Below, piece after piece: positions 10,608 to 24,813 of a DNA stretch of 64,000 nucleotides. The notes under the pieces are model-generated. The model did not search any database and was not told the DNA's origin. It saw nothing but the letters and a program-made list of their open reading frames with translations. This DNA comes from the human T2T-CHM13v2.0 reference genome, Homo sapiens, in the NCBI RefSeq assembly GCF_009914755.1, contig NC_060948.1. One strand, given 5' to 3'. The position numbers and the translations under genes are program-made. How positions within the stretch are numbered: position 1 is the stretch's first letter; every line of letters begins with the position of its first letter.

Positions 10608-13600
10608 CGAATGGCATCGAATGGAATGGAATGGAATGCAATGGAATGGAATGTATTAGAATGTAATGAACTTTAATGGAATGTACTCGAATGGATTCGA
10701 CTGGAATGGAATGTTCTGGAAGTGAATGGACTCCAATGGAATGGATTCAAAAGGAATGGAATCGTACGGAATGGAATCTAATGGAATGGAATTAAATGGA
10801 AATGAATCAAATTGAATAGCACGGAATTGAATTGAATGGAATGGAATGCAATGGAATCTAATGAAACGGAAAGGAAAGGAATGGAATGGAATGGAATGGG
10901 CTGGAATGGAAAGGAATCGAAACGAATGGAATGGAATCGAACTGAAGAGACTGGAATGGAATGCACTGGAATGGAAGGGAGTGTAATGGAAGGTTCTCGA
11001 AAAAAATGGAATGGAATGGAATGGAATTGAATGGAACGGAATAGAGTCGAATGGAATTGAATGGAATGGAATGGACTAGAGTGAAATGGAATCGAACCAC
11101 AAGGAATGGACAGGAATAGAATGGTCTCGAATTGAATGGAATCGTATGGAATGGCATCAAACGGAATGGAATGGACAGCCACGGAATAGAATGCACTCGA
11201 ATGCAATGGAGTCGAAACTAATGGACTGGAATAGAATGGACTCGACTGGTACGGACTCCAATGGAATGGAATCGAATGGAAGGGAATCGAACGGAATGGA
11301 CTCGAAGGGACAAGACTGCAATGGAAAGGTCTCGAATGGAATGGAAATTAATGGAATGGAATGGAATCGAATGAAATGGAGTCAAAATGAATGGAATCGA
11401 ATGGCAAGAAATCGAATGTAATGGAATCGCAAGGAATTGATGTGAACGGAACGGAATGGAATGGAATCCAAAGGAATGGAATAGAATGGAATGGAATCGA
11501 ATGGAAAGGACTCGAATGGAAATCACTCGAATAGAATGCAATTTAATAAAATAGGATCAAATGTAATGGAATGGAATGGAAAGGAATCGAAACGAAAGGA
11601 ATGGAGACAGATGGAATGGAATGGAACAGAGAGCAATGGTATAGAATGGAATGGAATCATCTGGAATGGAATTGAATGGAATGGAATAATATGAAATGGA
11701 ATGGAATGGAATGGAATGGAATGCCCTTGAATTAAATGGACTGGAATGGAATGGACTCGAACAGAGTGGAATGGAAAGTGTTGAGATAGAATGGAATGGA
11801 CTCCTTTGGAATGGTCTAGTAGGCAATGCAATCGACTGGTAGGGAATCAAAAGGAATGTAATCGAATGGATTGGACTGGAATGCAATGGACTCGAATAGA
11901 TTGGAAACGGAATGCAAAGGAATGGAATGGAATAGTATGGAATGGAATGGAAAGGAATGGAGTGGAATAGACTAGAGTGGAATGGAATGGACTGGAAAGC
12001 AATGGACTGGAATGGAACTTTCTTGAATGGACTGGAATCAAACGGAATGGAATGCAATGCAATCAAATGGCATGGAATAAAATAGAATGAAAGAGAATCA
12101 AATGGAATTGAATCGAATGGAATCGAATGGATTGGAAAGGAATAGAATGGAATGGAATGGAATTGACTCAAATGGAATGGACTAGAATGGAATGGATTCG
12201 AATGGAAGGCAAAGGAATGGAATCTATTGGAATGGACTGTAATGGAATGGAATGGAAGGGATTGGAATGGACTCGAATGGAATGGACTGCAATAGAAAGG
12301 ATTCGAATGGAATGAAAAAGAATTGAATGGAATAGAACAGAATGGAATCAAATCGAATGAAATGGAATGGAATAGAAAGGAATGGAATGAAATGGAATGG
12401 AAAGGATTCGAATGGAATGCAATCGAATGGAATGGAATCGAACGGAATGGAATAAAATGGAAGAAAACTGGCAAGAAATGGAATCGAAATGAATGGAGTG
12501 TTATGGAACGGACTCAAAAGGAATTGAATGTAATAGAATGGAGTGGAGTGGACTCGAATATAATGGACTGGAATGGAATGAAATCACATGGAATGGGAAC
12601 GAATGGAATGGAATGGAAAGGAATGGAATCGAATGGAAAGGAATCGAATGGAAGGGAATGAAATTGAATCAACAGGAATGGAAGGGAATAGAATAGACGG
12701 TAATGGAATGGACTCGAATAGAATGGACACGAATGCTCAAATTGAATGGACTCGAATGGAATGGAAACGAAAGGAATGTCATCGAATGGAATTGAATCGA
12801 TAGGAATGAAATTGCATAGAATGGAGTGGAATCAAATGGAATTGAATCGAAAGGAAAGGAAGCGAATGGACTGAAATGAAATGGAATGGAATTGAATGGA
12901 AAGTAATGCAATGGAATAGAATGGAACGAAATTTCACGGAATGGAATCAAACTGAATGGAATCAAATCAATGGAATCTAATCAAATGGAATGGAAAGGAA
13001 TTGAATGGAGTAGATTGGATTGGATGGGATTGGAATGAAATGTACTGGAAAGGACTCGAATTTCATGAAACGGAATGGAATGAATTGGAACGGAATGGAC
13101 TCGAATGGAATGGAATGTCATGGAATGGCATCAAATGGAATGGCATCAAATGGAATGGAATCGAATGCAATGGAATGCTATGGATTGGAATGGAATGCAT
13201 TGGAATGGAACGTCCTCTAATGGAATGGATTCGAGTGGAATGGAATCGAATATAATGGAGTCGAATGAAATGGAATTGAAAGGAATGGGATCGAATAGAA
13301 TGGAATATACTGAAATGTAATGTAATGAACTCGAATGTAATTGACTGGAATGGAATGTACATGAATGGAATGTAATCGAATGGAAAGTAATCCAATGGAA
13401 TAGAATCTAATGCAATAAAACCGACTCAGATAGAGTAGAATGTAATGGAATGGAGTGCAGTGCAATGGAATGGAATGGAATTGAATGCAATGGAATGGAA
13501 TGGAATGGAATGGAATGGAATGGAATGGAATGGAATGGGATGGAATGGTATGGAATGGATAGTAATGGACTGGAGTGAAATGGACTGGAAAGGAATGGAC

Positions 13601-14176
13601 TCAAATTGAAAGGGCTCGAAAGGAATGGAGTCAAATGGAATGGTCTGGAATGGAATGAACACGAATGTAATGCAATCCAATAGAGTGGAAACGAATGGCA
13701 TGGAATATAAATAAATGGAATCGAAGAGAATGGAAACAAATGGAATGGAATTGAATGGAATGGAATTGAATGGAATGGGAACGAATGGAGTGAAATTGTA
13801 TGCAGTAGAAGGGAATAGAATGGAATGCAAGCGAAAGGAAAGGAATGGATTGGAATGGAATGGAATTCATTGGAATGGAAGGGAATGTAGTGTAATGGAC
13901 AGGCCTGGAATAAAGTGGAATGCTACGGTCTCGAATGGAATAAAAATGTATGGAATGGAATGCAATGAAACGGAATCGAATGTCATAGAATGTAATGGAA
14001 TGCAACAAAATGGAATCCAAAATCATTGACTGGAAAGGCTGGGTGTCGAAAGGAATTGACTCCAATGGAATGGAATCGAATGGAATGGAAGTGAATAGAA
14101 TCGAACTAAATCGAATGGAATGGAATTGATAGGAACGGAATGGAAAGGAATGCAATGATTTGGCATGGAATGGAAT
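10608..14176 (+). repeat. Unit 4 (3569 bp, the longest)
   Basis: Offset 10778->14347. Confidence 0.9.
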
Positions 14177-17100
14177 CGAATGGCATCGAATGGAATGGAA
14201 TGGAATGCAATGGAATGGAATGTATTAGAATGTAATGAACTTTAATGGAATGTACTCGAATGGATTCGACTGGAATGGAATGTTCTGGAAGTGAATGGAC
14301 TCCAATGGAATGGATTCAAAAGGAATGGAGTCGTACGGAATGGAATCTAATGGAATGGAATTAAATGGAAATGAATCAAATTGAATAGCACGGAATTGAA
14401 TTGAATGGAATGGAATGCAATGGAATCTAATGAAACGGAAAGGAAAGGAATGCAATGGAATGGAATGGGCTGGAATGGAAAGGAATCGAAACGAATGGAA
14501 TGGAATCGAACTGAAGAGACTGGAATGGAATGCACTGGAATGGAAGGGAGTGTAATGGAAGGTTCTCGAAAAAAATGGAATGGAATGGAATGGAATTGAA
14601 TGGAACGGAATAGAGTCGAATGGAATTGAATGGAATGGAATGGACTAGAGTGAAATGGAATCGAACCACAAGGAATGGACAGGAATAGAATGGTCTCGAA
14701 TTGAATGGAATCGTATGGAATGGCATCAAACGGAATGGAATGGACAGCCACGGAATGGAATGCACTCGAATGCAATGGAGTCGAAACTAATGGACTGGAA
14801 TAGAATGGACTCGACTGGTACGGACTCCAATGGAAGGGAATCGAATGGAAGGGAATCGAACCGAATGGACTCGAAGGGAAAAGACTGCAATGGAAAGGTC
14901 TCGAATGGAATGGAAATTAATGGAATGGAATGGAATCGAATGAAATGTAGTCAAAAGGAATGGAATCGAATGGCAAGAAATCGAATGTAATGGAGTCGCA
15001 AGGAATTGATGTGAACGGAACGGAATGGAATGGAATCCAAAGGAATGGAATAGAATGGAATGGAATCGAATGGAAAGGACTCGAATGGAAATCACTCGAA
15101 TAGAATGCAATTTAATAAAATAGGATCAAATGTAATGGAATGGAATGGAAAGGAATCGAAACGAAAGGAATGGAGGCAGATTTAATGGAATAGAACAGAG
15201 AGCAATGGTATAGAATGGAATGGAATCATCTGGAATGGAATTGAATGGAATGGAATAATATGAAATGGAATGGAATGGAATGGAATGGAATGCCCTTGAA
15301 TTAAATGGACTGGAATGGAATGGACTCGAACAGAGTGGAATGGAAAGTGTTGAGATAGAATGGAATGGACTCGTTTGGAATGGTCTAGTATGCAATGCAA
15401 TCGACTGGCAGGGAATCAAAAGGAATGTAATCGAATGGATTGGACTGGAATGCAATGGACTCGAATAGATTGCAAACGGAATGCAAAGGAATGGAATGGA
15501 ATAGTATGGAATGGAGTGGAAAGGAAAGGAGTGGAATAGACTAGAGTGGAATGGAATGGACTGGAAAGCAATGGACTGGAATGGAACTTTCTTGAATGGA
15601 CTGGAATCAAACGGAATGGAATGCAATGCAATCAAATGGCATGGAATAAAATAGAATGAAAGAGAATCAAATGGAATTGAATCGAATGGAATCGAATGGA
15701 TTGGAAAGGAATAGAATGGAATGGAATGGAATTGACTCAAATGGAATGGATTCGAATGGAAGGCAAAGGAATGGAATCTATTGGAATGGACTGTAATGGA
15801 ATGGAATGGAAGGGATTGGAATGGACTCGAATGGAATGGACTGCAATAGAAAGGATTCGAATGGAATGAAAAAGAATTGAATGGAATAGAACAGAATGGA
15901 ATCAAATCGAATGAAATGGAATGGAATAGAAAGGAATGGAATGAAATGGAATGGAAAGGATTCGAATGGAATGCAATCGAATGGAATGGAATCGAACGGA
16001 ATGGAATAAAATGGAAGAAAACTGGCAAGAAATGGAATCGAAATGAATGGAGTGTTATGGAACGGACTCAAAAGGAATTGAATGTAATAGAATGGAGTGG
16101 AGTGGACTCGAATATAATGGACTGGAATGGAATGAAATCACATGGAATGGGAACGAATGGAATGGAATGGAAAGGAATGGAATCGAATGGAAAGGAATCG
16201 AATGGAAGGGAATGAAATTGAATCAACAGGAATGGAAGGGAATAGAATAGACGGTAATGGAATGGACTCGAATAGAATGGACACGAATGCTCAAATTGAA
16301 TGGACTCGAATGGAATGGAAACGAAAGGAATGTCATCGAATGGAATTGAATCGATTGGAATGAAATCGCATAGAATGGAGTGGAATCAAATGGAATTGAA
16401 TCGAAAGGAAAGGAAGCGAATGGACTGAAATGAAATGGAATGGAATTGAATGGAAAGTAATGCAATGGAATAGAATGGAACGAAATTTCACGGAATGGAA
16501 TCAAACTGAATGGAATCAAATCAATGGAATCCAATCAAATAGAATGGAGTAGATTGGATTGGATGGGATTGGAATGAAATGTACTGGAAAGGACTCGAAT
16601 TTCATGAAACGGAATGGAATGAATTGGAACGGAATGGACTCGAATGGAATGGAATGTCATAGAATGGCATCAAATGGAATGGCATCAAATGGAATGGAAT
16701 CGAATGCAATGGAATGCTATGGAATGGAATGGAATGCATTGGAATGGAATGTCCTCTAATGGAATGGATTCGAGTGGAATGGAATCGAATATAATGGAGT
16801 CGAATGAAATGGAATTGAAAGGAATGGGATCGAATACAATGGAATATACTGGAATGTAACGTAATGAACTCGAATGTAATTGACTGGAATGGAATGTACA
16901 TGAATGGAATGTAATCGAATGGAAAGTAATCCAATGGAATAGAATCTAATGCAATAAAATCGACTCAGATAGAGTAGAATGTAATGGAATGGAGTGCAGT
17001 GCAATGGAATGGAATGGAATGGAATGCAATGGAATGGAATGGAATGGAATGGAATGGAATGGAATGGGATGGAATGGTATGGAATGGATGGTAATGGACT

Positions 17101-17705
17101 GGAGTGAAATGGACTGGAAAGGAATGGACTCAAATTGAAAGGGCTGGAAAGGAATGGAGTCAAATGGAATGGTCTGGAATGGAATGAACACGAAAGTAAT
17201 GCAATCCAATAGAATGGAATCGAATGGCATGGAATATAATGAAATGGAATCGAAGAGAATGGAAACAAATGGAATGGAATTGAATGGAATGGAATTGAAT
17301 GGAATGGGAACGAATGGAGTGAAATTGTATGCAGTAGAAGGGAATAGAATGGAATGCAAGCGAAAGGAAAGGAATGGATTGGAATGGAATGGAATTCATT
17401 GGAATGGAAGGGAATGTAGTGTAATGGACAGGCCTGGAATAAAGTGGAATGCTACGGTCTCGAATGGAATAAAAATGTATGGAATGGAATGCAATGAAAC
17501 GGAATCGAATGTCATAGAATGTAATGGAATGCAACAAAATGGAATCCAAAATCATTGACTGGAAAGGCTGGGTGTCGAAAGGAATTCACTCCAATGGAAT
17601 GGAATCGAATGGAATGGAAGTGAATAGAATCAAACTAAATCGAATGGAATGGAATTGATAGGAACGGAATGGAAAGGAATGCAATGATTTGGCACGGAAT
17701 GGAAT
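14177..17705 (+). repeat. Unit 5 (3529 bp)
   Basis: Offset 14347->17876. Two 15-bp deletions (~15740, ~16540) and an extra EcoRI site at 17582. Confidence 0.9.
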
Positions 17706-20700
17706 CGAATGGCATCGAACGGAATGGAATGGAATGCAATTGAATGGAACGTATTAGAATGGAATGAACTTTAATGGAATGTACTCGAATGGATTCGACT
17801 GGAATGGAATGTTCTGGAAGTGAATGGACTCCAATGGAATGGATTCAAAAGGAATGGAATCGTACGGAATGGAATCTAATGGAATGGAATTAAATGGAAA
17901 TGAATCAAATTGAATAGCATGGAATTGAATTGAATGGAATCGAATGCAATGGAATCTAATGAAACGGAAAGGAAAGGAATGGAATGGAATGGAATGGGCT
18001 GGAATGGAAAGGAATCGAAACGAATGGAATGGAATCGAACTGACGAGACTGGAATGGAATGCACTGGAATGGAAGGGAGTGTAATGGAAGGTTCTCGAAA
18101 AAAATGGAATGGAATGGAATGGAATTGAATGGAACGGAATAGAGTCGAATGGAATTGAATGGAATGGAATGGACTAGAGTGAAATGGAATCGAACCACAA
18201 GGAATGGACAGGAATAGAATGGTCTCGAATTGAATGGAATCGTATGGAATGGCATCAAACGGAATGGAATGGACAGCCACGGAATGGAATGCACTCGAAT
18301 GCAATGGAGTCGAAACTAATGGACTGGAATAGAATGGATTCGACTGGTACGGACTCCAATGGAATGGAATCGAATGGAAGGGAATCGAACGGAATGGACT
18401 CGAAGGGAAAAGACTGCAATGGAAAGGTCTCGAATGGAATGGAAATTAATGGAATGGAATGGAATCGAATGAAATGGAGTCAAAAGGAATGGAATCGAAT
18501 GGCAAGAAATCGAATGTAATGGAATCGCCAGGAATTGATGTGAACGGAACGGAATGGAATGGAATCCAAAGGAATGGAATAGAATGGAATGGAATCGAAT
18601 GGAAAGGACTCGAATGGAAATCACTCGAATAGAATGAAATTTAATAAAATAGGATCAAATGTAATGGAATGGAATGGAAAGGAATCGAAACGAAAGGAAT
18701 GGAGACAGATGGAATGGAATGGAACAGAGAGCAATGGTATAGAATGGAATGGAATCATCTGGAATGGAATTGAATGGAATGGAATAATATGAAATGGAAT
18801 GGAATGGAATGGAATGGAATGCCCTTGAGTTAAATGGACTGGAATGGAATGGACTCGAACAGAGTGGAATGGAAAGTGTTGAGATAGAATGGAATGGACT
18901 CCTTTGGAATGGTGTAGTATGCAATGCAATCGACTGGCAGGGAATCAAAAGGAATGTAATCGAATGGATTGGACTGGAATGCAATGGACTCGAATAGATT
19001 GGAAACGGAATGCAAAGGAATGGAATGGAATAGTATGGAATGGAATGGAAAGGAATGGAGTGGAATAGACTAGAGTGGAATGGAATGGACTGGAAAGCAA
19101 TGGACTGGAATGGAACTTTCTTGAATGGACTGGAATCAAACGGAATGGAATGCAATGCAATCAAATGGCATGGAATAAAATAGAATGATAGAGAATCAAA
19201 TGGAATTGAATCGAATGGAATCGAATGGATTGGAAAGGAATAGAATGGAATGGAATGGAATTGACTCAAATGGAATGGACTAGAATGGAATGGATTCGAA
19301 TGGAAGGCAAAGGAATGGAATCTATTGGAATGGACTGTAATGGAATGGAATGGAAGGGATTGGAATGGACTCGAATGGAATGGACTGCAATAGAAAGGAT
19401 TCGAATGGAATGAAAAAGAATTGAATGGAATAGAACAGAATGGAATCAAATCGAATGAAATGGAATGGAATAGAAAGGAATGGAATGAAATGGAATGGAA
19501 AGGATTCGAATGGAATGCAATCGAATGGAATGGAATCGAACGGAATGGAATAAAATGGAAGAAAACTGGCAAGAAATGGAATCGAAATGAATGGAGTGTT
19601 ATGGAACAGACTCAAAAGGAATTGAATGTAATAGAATGGAGTGGAGTGGACTCGAATATAATGGACTGGAATGGAATGAAATCACATGGAATGGGAACGA
19701 ATGGAATGGAATGGAAAGGAATGGAATCGAATGGAAAGGAATCGAATGGAAGGGAATGAAATTGAATCAACAGGAATGGAAGGGAATAGAATAGACGGTA
19801 ATGGAATGGACTCGAATAGAATGGACACGAATGCTCAAATTGAATGGACTCGAAAGGAATGGAAACGAAAGGAATGTCATCGAATGGAATTGAATCGATT
19901 GGAATGAAATCGCATAGAATGGAGTGGAATCAAATGGAATTGAATCGAAAGGAAAGGAAGCGAATGGACTGAAATGAAATGGAATGGAATTGAATGGAAA
20001 GTAATGCAATGGAATAGAATGGAACGAAATTTCACGGAATGGAATCAAACTGAATGGAATCAAATCAATGGAATCTAATCAAATGGAATGGAAAGGAATT
20101 GAATGGAGTAGATTGGATTGGATGGGATTGGAATGAAATGTACTGGAAAGGACTCGAATTTCATGAAACGGAATGGAATGAATTGGAACGGAATGGACTC
20201 GAATGGAATGGAATGTCATGGAATGGCATCAAATGGAATGGCATCAAATGGAATGGAATCGAATGCAATGGAATGCGATGGAATGGAATGGAATGCATTG
20301 GAATGGAATGTCCTCAAATGGAATGGATTCGAGTGGAATGGAATCGAATATAATGGAGTCGAATGAAATGGAATTGAAAGGAATGGGATCGAATAGAATG
20401 GAATATACTGAAATGTAATGTAATGAACTCGAATGTAATTGACTGGAATGGAATGTACATGAATGGAATGTGATCGAATGGAAAGTAATCCAATGGAATA
20501 GAATCTAATGCAATAAAACCGACTCAGATAGAGTAGAATGTAATGGAATGGAGTGCAGTGCAATGGAATGGAATGGAATTGAATGCAATGGAATGGAATG
20601 GAATGGAATGGAATGGAATGGAATGGGATGGAATGGTATGGAATGGATAGTAATGGACTGGAGTGAAATGGACTGGAAAGGAATGGACTCAAATTGAAAG

Positions 20701-21264
20701 GGCTCGAAAGGAATGGAGTCAAATGGAATGGTCTGGAATGGAATGAAAACGAATGTAATGCAATCCAATAGAATGGAAACGAATGGCATGGAATATAAAG
20801 AAATGGAATCGAAGAGAATGGAAACAAATGGAATGGAATTGAATGGAATGGAATTGAATGGAATGGGAACGAATGGAGTGAAATTGTATGCAGTAGAAGG
20901 GAATAGAATGGAATGCAAGCGAAAGGAAAGGAATGGATTGGAATGGAATGGAATTCATTGGAATGGAAGGGAATGTAGTGTAATGGACAGGCCTGGAATA
21001 AAGTGGAATGCTACGGTCTCGAATGGAATAAAAATGTATGGAATGGAATGCAATGAAACGGAATCGAATGTCATAGAATGTAATGGAATGCAACAAAATG
21101 GAATCCAAAATCATTGACTGGAAAGGCTGGGTGTCGAAAGGAATTGACTCCAATGGAATGGAATCGAATGGAATGGAAGTGAATAGAATCGAACTAAATC
21201 GAATGGAATGGAATTGATAGGAACGGAATGGAAAGGAATGCAATGATTTGGCATGGAATGGAAT
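17706..21264 (+). repeat. Unit 6 (3559 bp)
   Basis: Offset 17876->21435. Confidence 0.9.
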
Positions 21265-24200
21265 CGAATGGCATCGAATGGAATGGAATGGAATGCAATG
21301 GAATGGAATGTATTAGAATGTAATGAACTTTAATGGAATGTACTCGAATGGATTCGACTGGAATGGAATGTTCTGGAAGTGAATGGACTCCAATGGAACG
21401 GATTCAAAACGAATGGAATCGTACGGAATGGAATCTAATGGAATGGAATTAAATGGAAATGAATCAAATTGAATAGCACGGAATTGAATTGAATGGAATC
21501 GAATGCAATGGAATCTAATGAAACGGAAAGGAAAGGAATGCAATGGAATGGAATGGGCTGGAATGGAAAGGAATCGAAACGAATGGAATGGAATCGAACT
21601 GAAGAGACTGGAATGGAATGCACTGGAATGGAAGGGAGTGTAATGGAAGGTTCTCGAAAAAAATGGAATCGAATGGAATGGAATTGAATGGAACGGAATA
21701 GAGTCGAATGGAATTGAATGGAATGGAATGGACTAGAGAGAAATGGAATCGAACCACAAGGAATGGAGAGGAATAGAATGGTCTCGAATTGAATGGAATC
21801 GTATGGAATGGCATCAAACGGAATGGAATGGACAGCCACGGAATGGAATGCACTCGAATGCAATGGAGTCGAAACTAATGGACTGGAATAGAATGGACTC
21901 GACTGGTACGGACTCCAATGGAATGGAATCGAATGGAAGGGAATCGAACGGAATGGACTCGAAGGGAAAAGACTGCAATGGAAAGGTCTCGAATGGAATG
22001 GAAATTAATGGAATGGAATGGAATCGAATGAAATGGAGTCAAAAGGAATGGAATCGAATGGCAAGAAATCGAATGTAATGGAATCGCAAGGAATTGATGT
22101 GAACGGAACGGAATGGAATGGAATCCAAAGGAATGGAATAGAATGGAATGGAATCGAATGGAAAGGACTCGAATGGAAATCACTCGAATAGAATGCAATT
22201 TAATAAAATAGGATCAAATGTAATGGAATGGAATGGAAAGGAATCGAAACGAAAGGAATGGAGACAGATGGAATGGAATGGAACAGAGAGCAATGGTATA
22301 GAATGGAATGGAATCATCTGGAATGGAATTGAATGGAATGGAATAATATGAAATGGAATGGAATGGAATGGAATGGAATGCCCTTGAATTAAATGGACTG
22401 GAATGGAATGGACTCGAACAGAGTGGAATGGAAAGTGTTGAGATAGAATGGAATGGACTCGTTTGGAATGGTCTAGTATGCAATGCAATCGACTGGCAGG
22501 GAATCAAAAGGAATGTAATCGAATGGATTGGACTGGAATGCAATGGACTCGAATAGATTGCAAACGGAATGCAAAGGAATGGAATGGAATAGTATGGAAT
22601 GGAATGGAAAGGAATGGAGTGGAATAGACTAGAGTGGAATGGAATGGACTGGAAAGCAATGGACTGGAATGGAACTTTCTTGAATGGACTGGAATCAAAC
22701 GGAATGGAATGCAGTGCAATCAAATGGCATGGAATAAAATAGAATGAAAGAGAATCAAATGGAATTGAATCGAATGGAATCGAATGGATTGGAAAGGAAT
22801 AGAATGGAATGGAATGGAATTGACTCAAATGGAATGGACTAGAATGGAATGGATTCGAATGGAAGGCAAAGGAATGGAATCTATTGGAATGGACTGTAAT
22901 GGAATGGAATGGAAGGGATTGGAATGGACTCGAATGGAATGGACTGCAATAGAAAGGATTCGAATGGAATGAAAAAGAATTGAATGGAATAGAACAGAAT
23001 GGAATCAAATCGAATGAAATGGAATGGAATAGAAAGGAATGGAATGAAATGGAATGGAAAGGATTCGAATGGAATGCAATCGAATGGAATGGAATCGAAC
23101 GGAATGGAATAAAATGGAAGAAAACTGGCAAGAAATGGAATCGAAATGAATGGAGTGTTATGGAACGGACTCAAAAGGAATTGAATGTAATAGAATGGAG
23201 TGGAGTGGACTCGAATATAATGGACTGGAATGGAATGAAATCACATGGAATGGGAACGAATGGAATGGAATGGAAAGGAATGGAATCGAATGGAAAGGAA
23301 TCGAATGGAAGGGAATGAAATTGAATCAACAGGAATGGAAGGGAATAGAATAGACGGTAATGGAATGGACTCGAATAGAATGGACACGAATGCTGAAATT
23401 GAATGGACTCGAATGGAATGGCAACGAAAGGAATGTCATCGAATGGAATTGAATCGATTGGAATGAAATCGCATAGAATGGAGTGGAATCAAATGGAATT
23501 GAATCGAAAGGAAAGGAAGCGAATGGACTGAAATGAAATGGAATGGAATTGAATGGAAAGTAATGCAATGGAATAGAATGGAACGAAATTTCACGGAATG
23601 GAATCAAACTGAATGGAATCAAATCAATGGAATCTAATCAAATGGAATGGAAAGGAATTGAATGGAGTAGATTGGATTGGATGGGATTGGAATGAAATGT
23701 ACTGGAAAGGACTCGAATTTCATGAAACGGAATGGAATGAATTGGAACGGAATGGACTCGAATGGAATGGAATGTCATGGAATGGCATCAAATGGAATGG
23801 CATCAAATGGAATGGAATCGAATGCAATGGAATGCTACGGAATGGAATGGAATGCATTGGAATGGAAAGTCCTCTAATGGAATGTATTCGAGTGGAATGG
23901 AATCGAATATAATGGAGTCGAATGAAATGGAATTGAAAAGAATGGGATCAAATACAATGGAATATACTGGAATGTAATGTAATGAACTCGAATGTAATTG
24001 ACTGGAATGGAATGTACATGAATGGAATGTAATCGAATGGAAAGTAATCCAATGGAATAGAAACTAATGCAATAAAATCGACTCAAATAGAGTAGAATGT
24101 AATGGAATGGAGTGCAGTGCAATGGAATGGAATGGAATGGAATGCAATGGAATGGAATGGATTGGAATGGAATGGGATGGAATGGTGTGGAATGGATAGT

Positions 24201-24813
24201 AATGGACTGGTGTGAAATGGACTGGAAAGGAATGGACTCAAATTGAAAGGGCTCGAAAGGAATGGAGTCAAATGGAATGGTCTGGAATGGAATGAACACG
24301 AATGTAATGCAATCCAATAGAATGGAATCGAATGGCATGGAACATAAAGAAATGGAATCGAAGAGAATGGAAACAAATGGAATGGAATTGAATGGAATGG
24401 AATTGAATGGAATGGGAAGGAATGGAGTGAAATTGTATGCAGTAGTAGAGAATAGAATGGAATGCAAGTGAAAGGAAAGGAATGGATTGGAATGGAATGG
24501 AATTCATTGGAATGGAAGGGAATGTAGTGTAATGGACAGGCCTGGAATAAAGTGGAATGCTACGGTCTCGAATGGAATAAAAATGTATGGAATGGAATGC
24601 AATGAAACGGAATCGAATGTCATAGAATGTAATGGAATGCAACAAAATGGAATCCAAAATCATTGACTGGAAAGGCTGGGTGTCGAAAGGAATTGACTCC
24701 AATGGAATGGAATCGAATGGAATGGAAGTGAATAGAATCGAACTAAATCGAATGGAATGGAATTGATAGGAACGGAATGGAAAGGAATGCAATGATTTGG
24801 CATGGAATGGAAT
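21265..24813 (+). repeat. Unit 7 (3549 bp)
   Basis: Offset 21435->24984. Confidence 0.9.
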
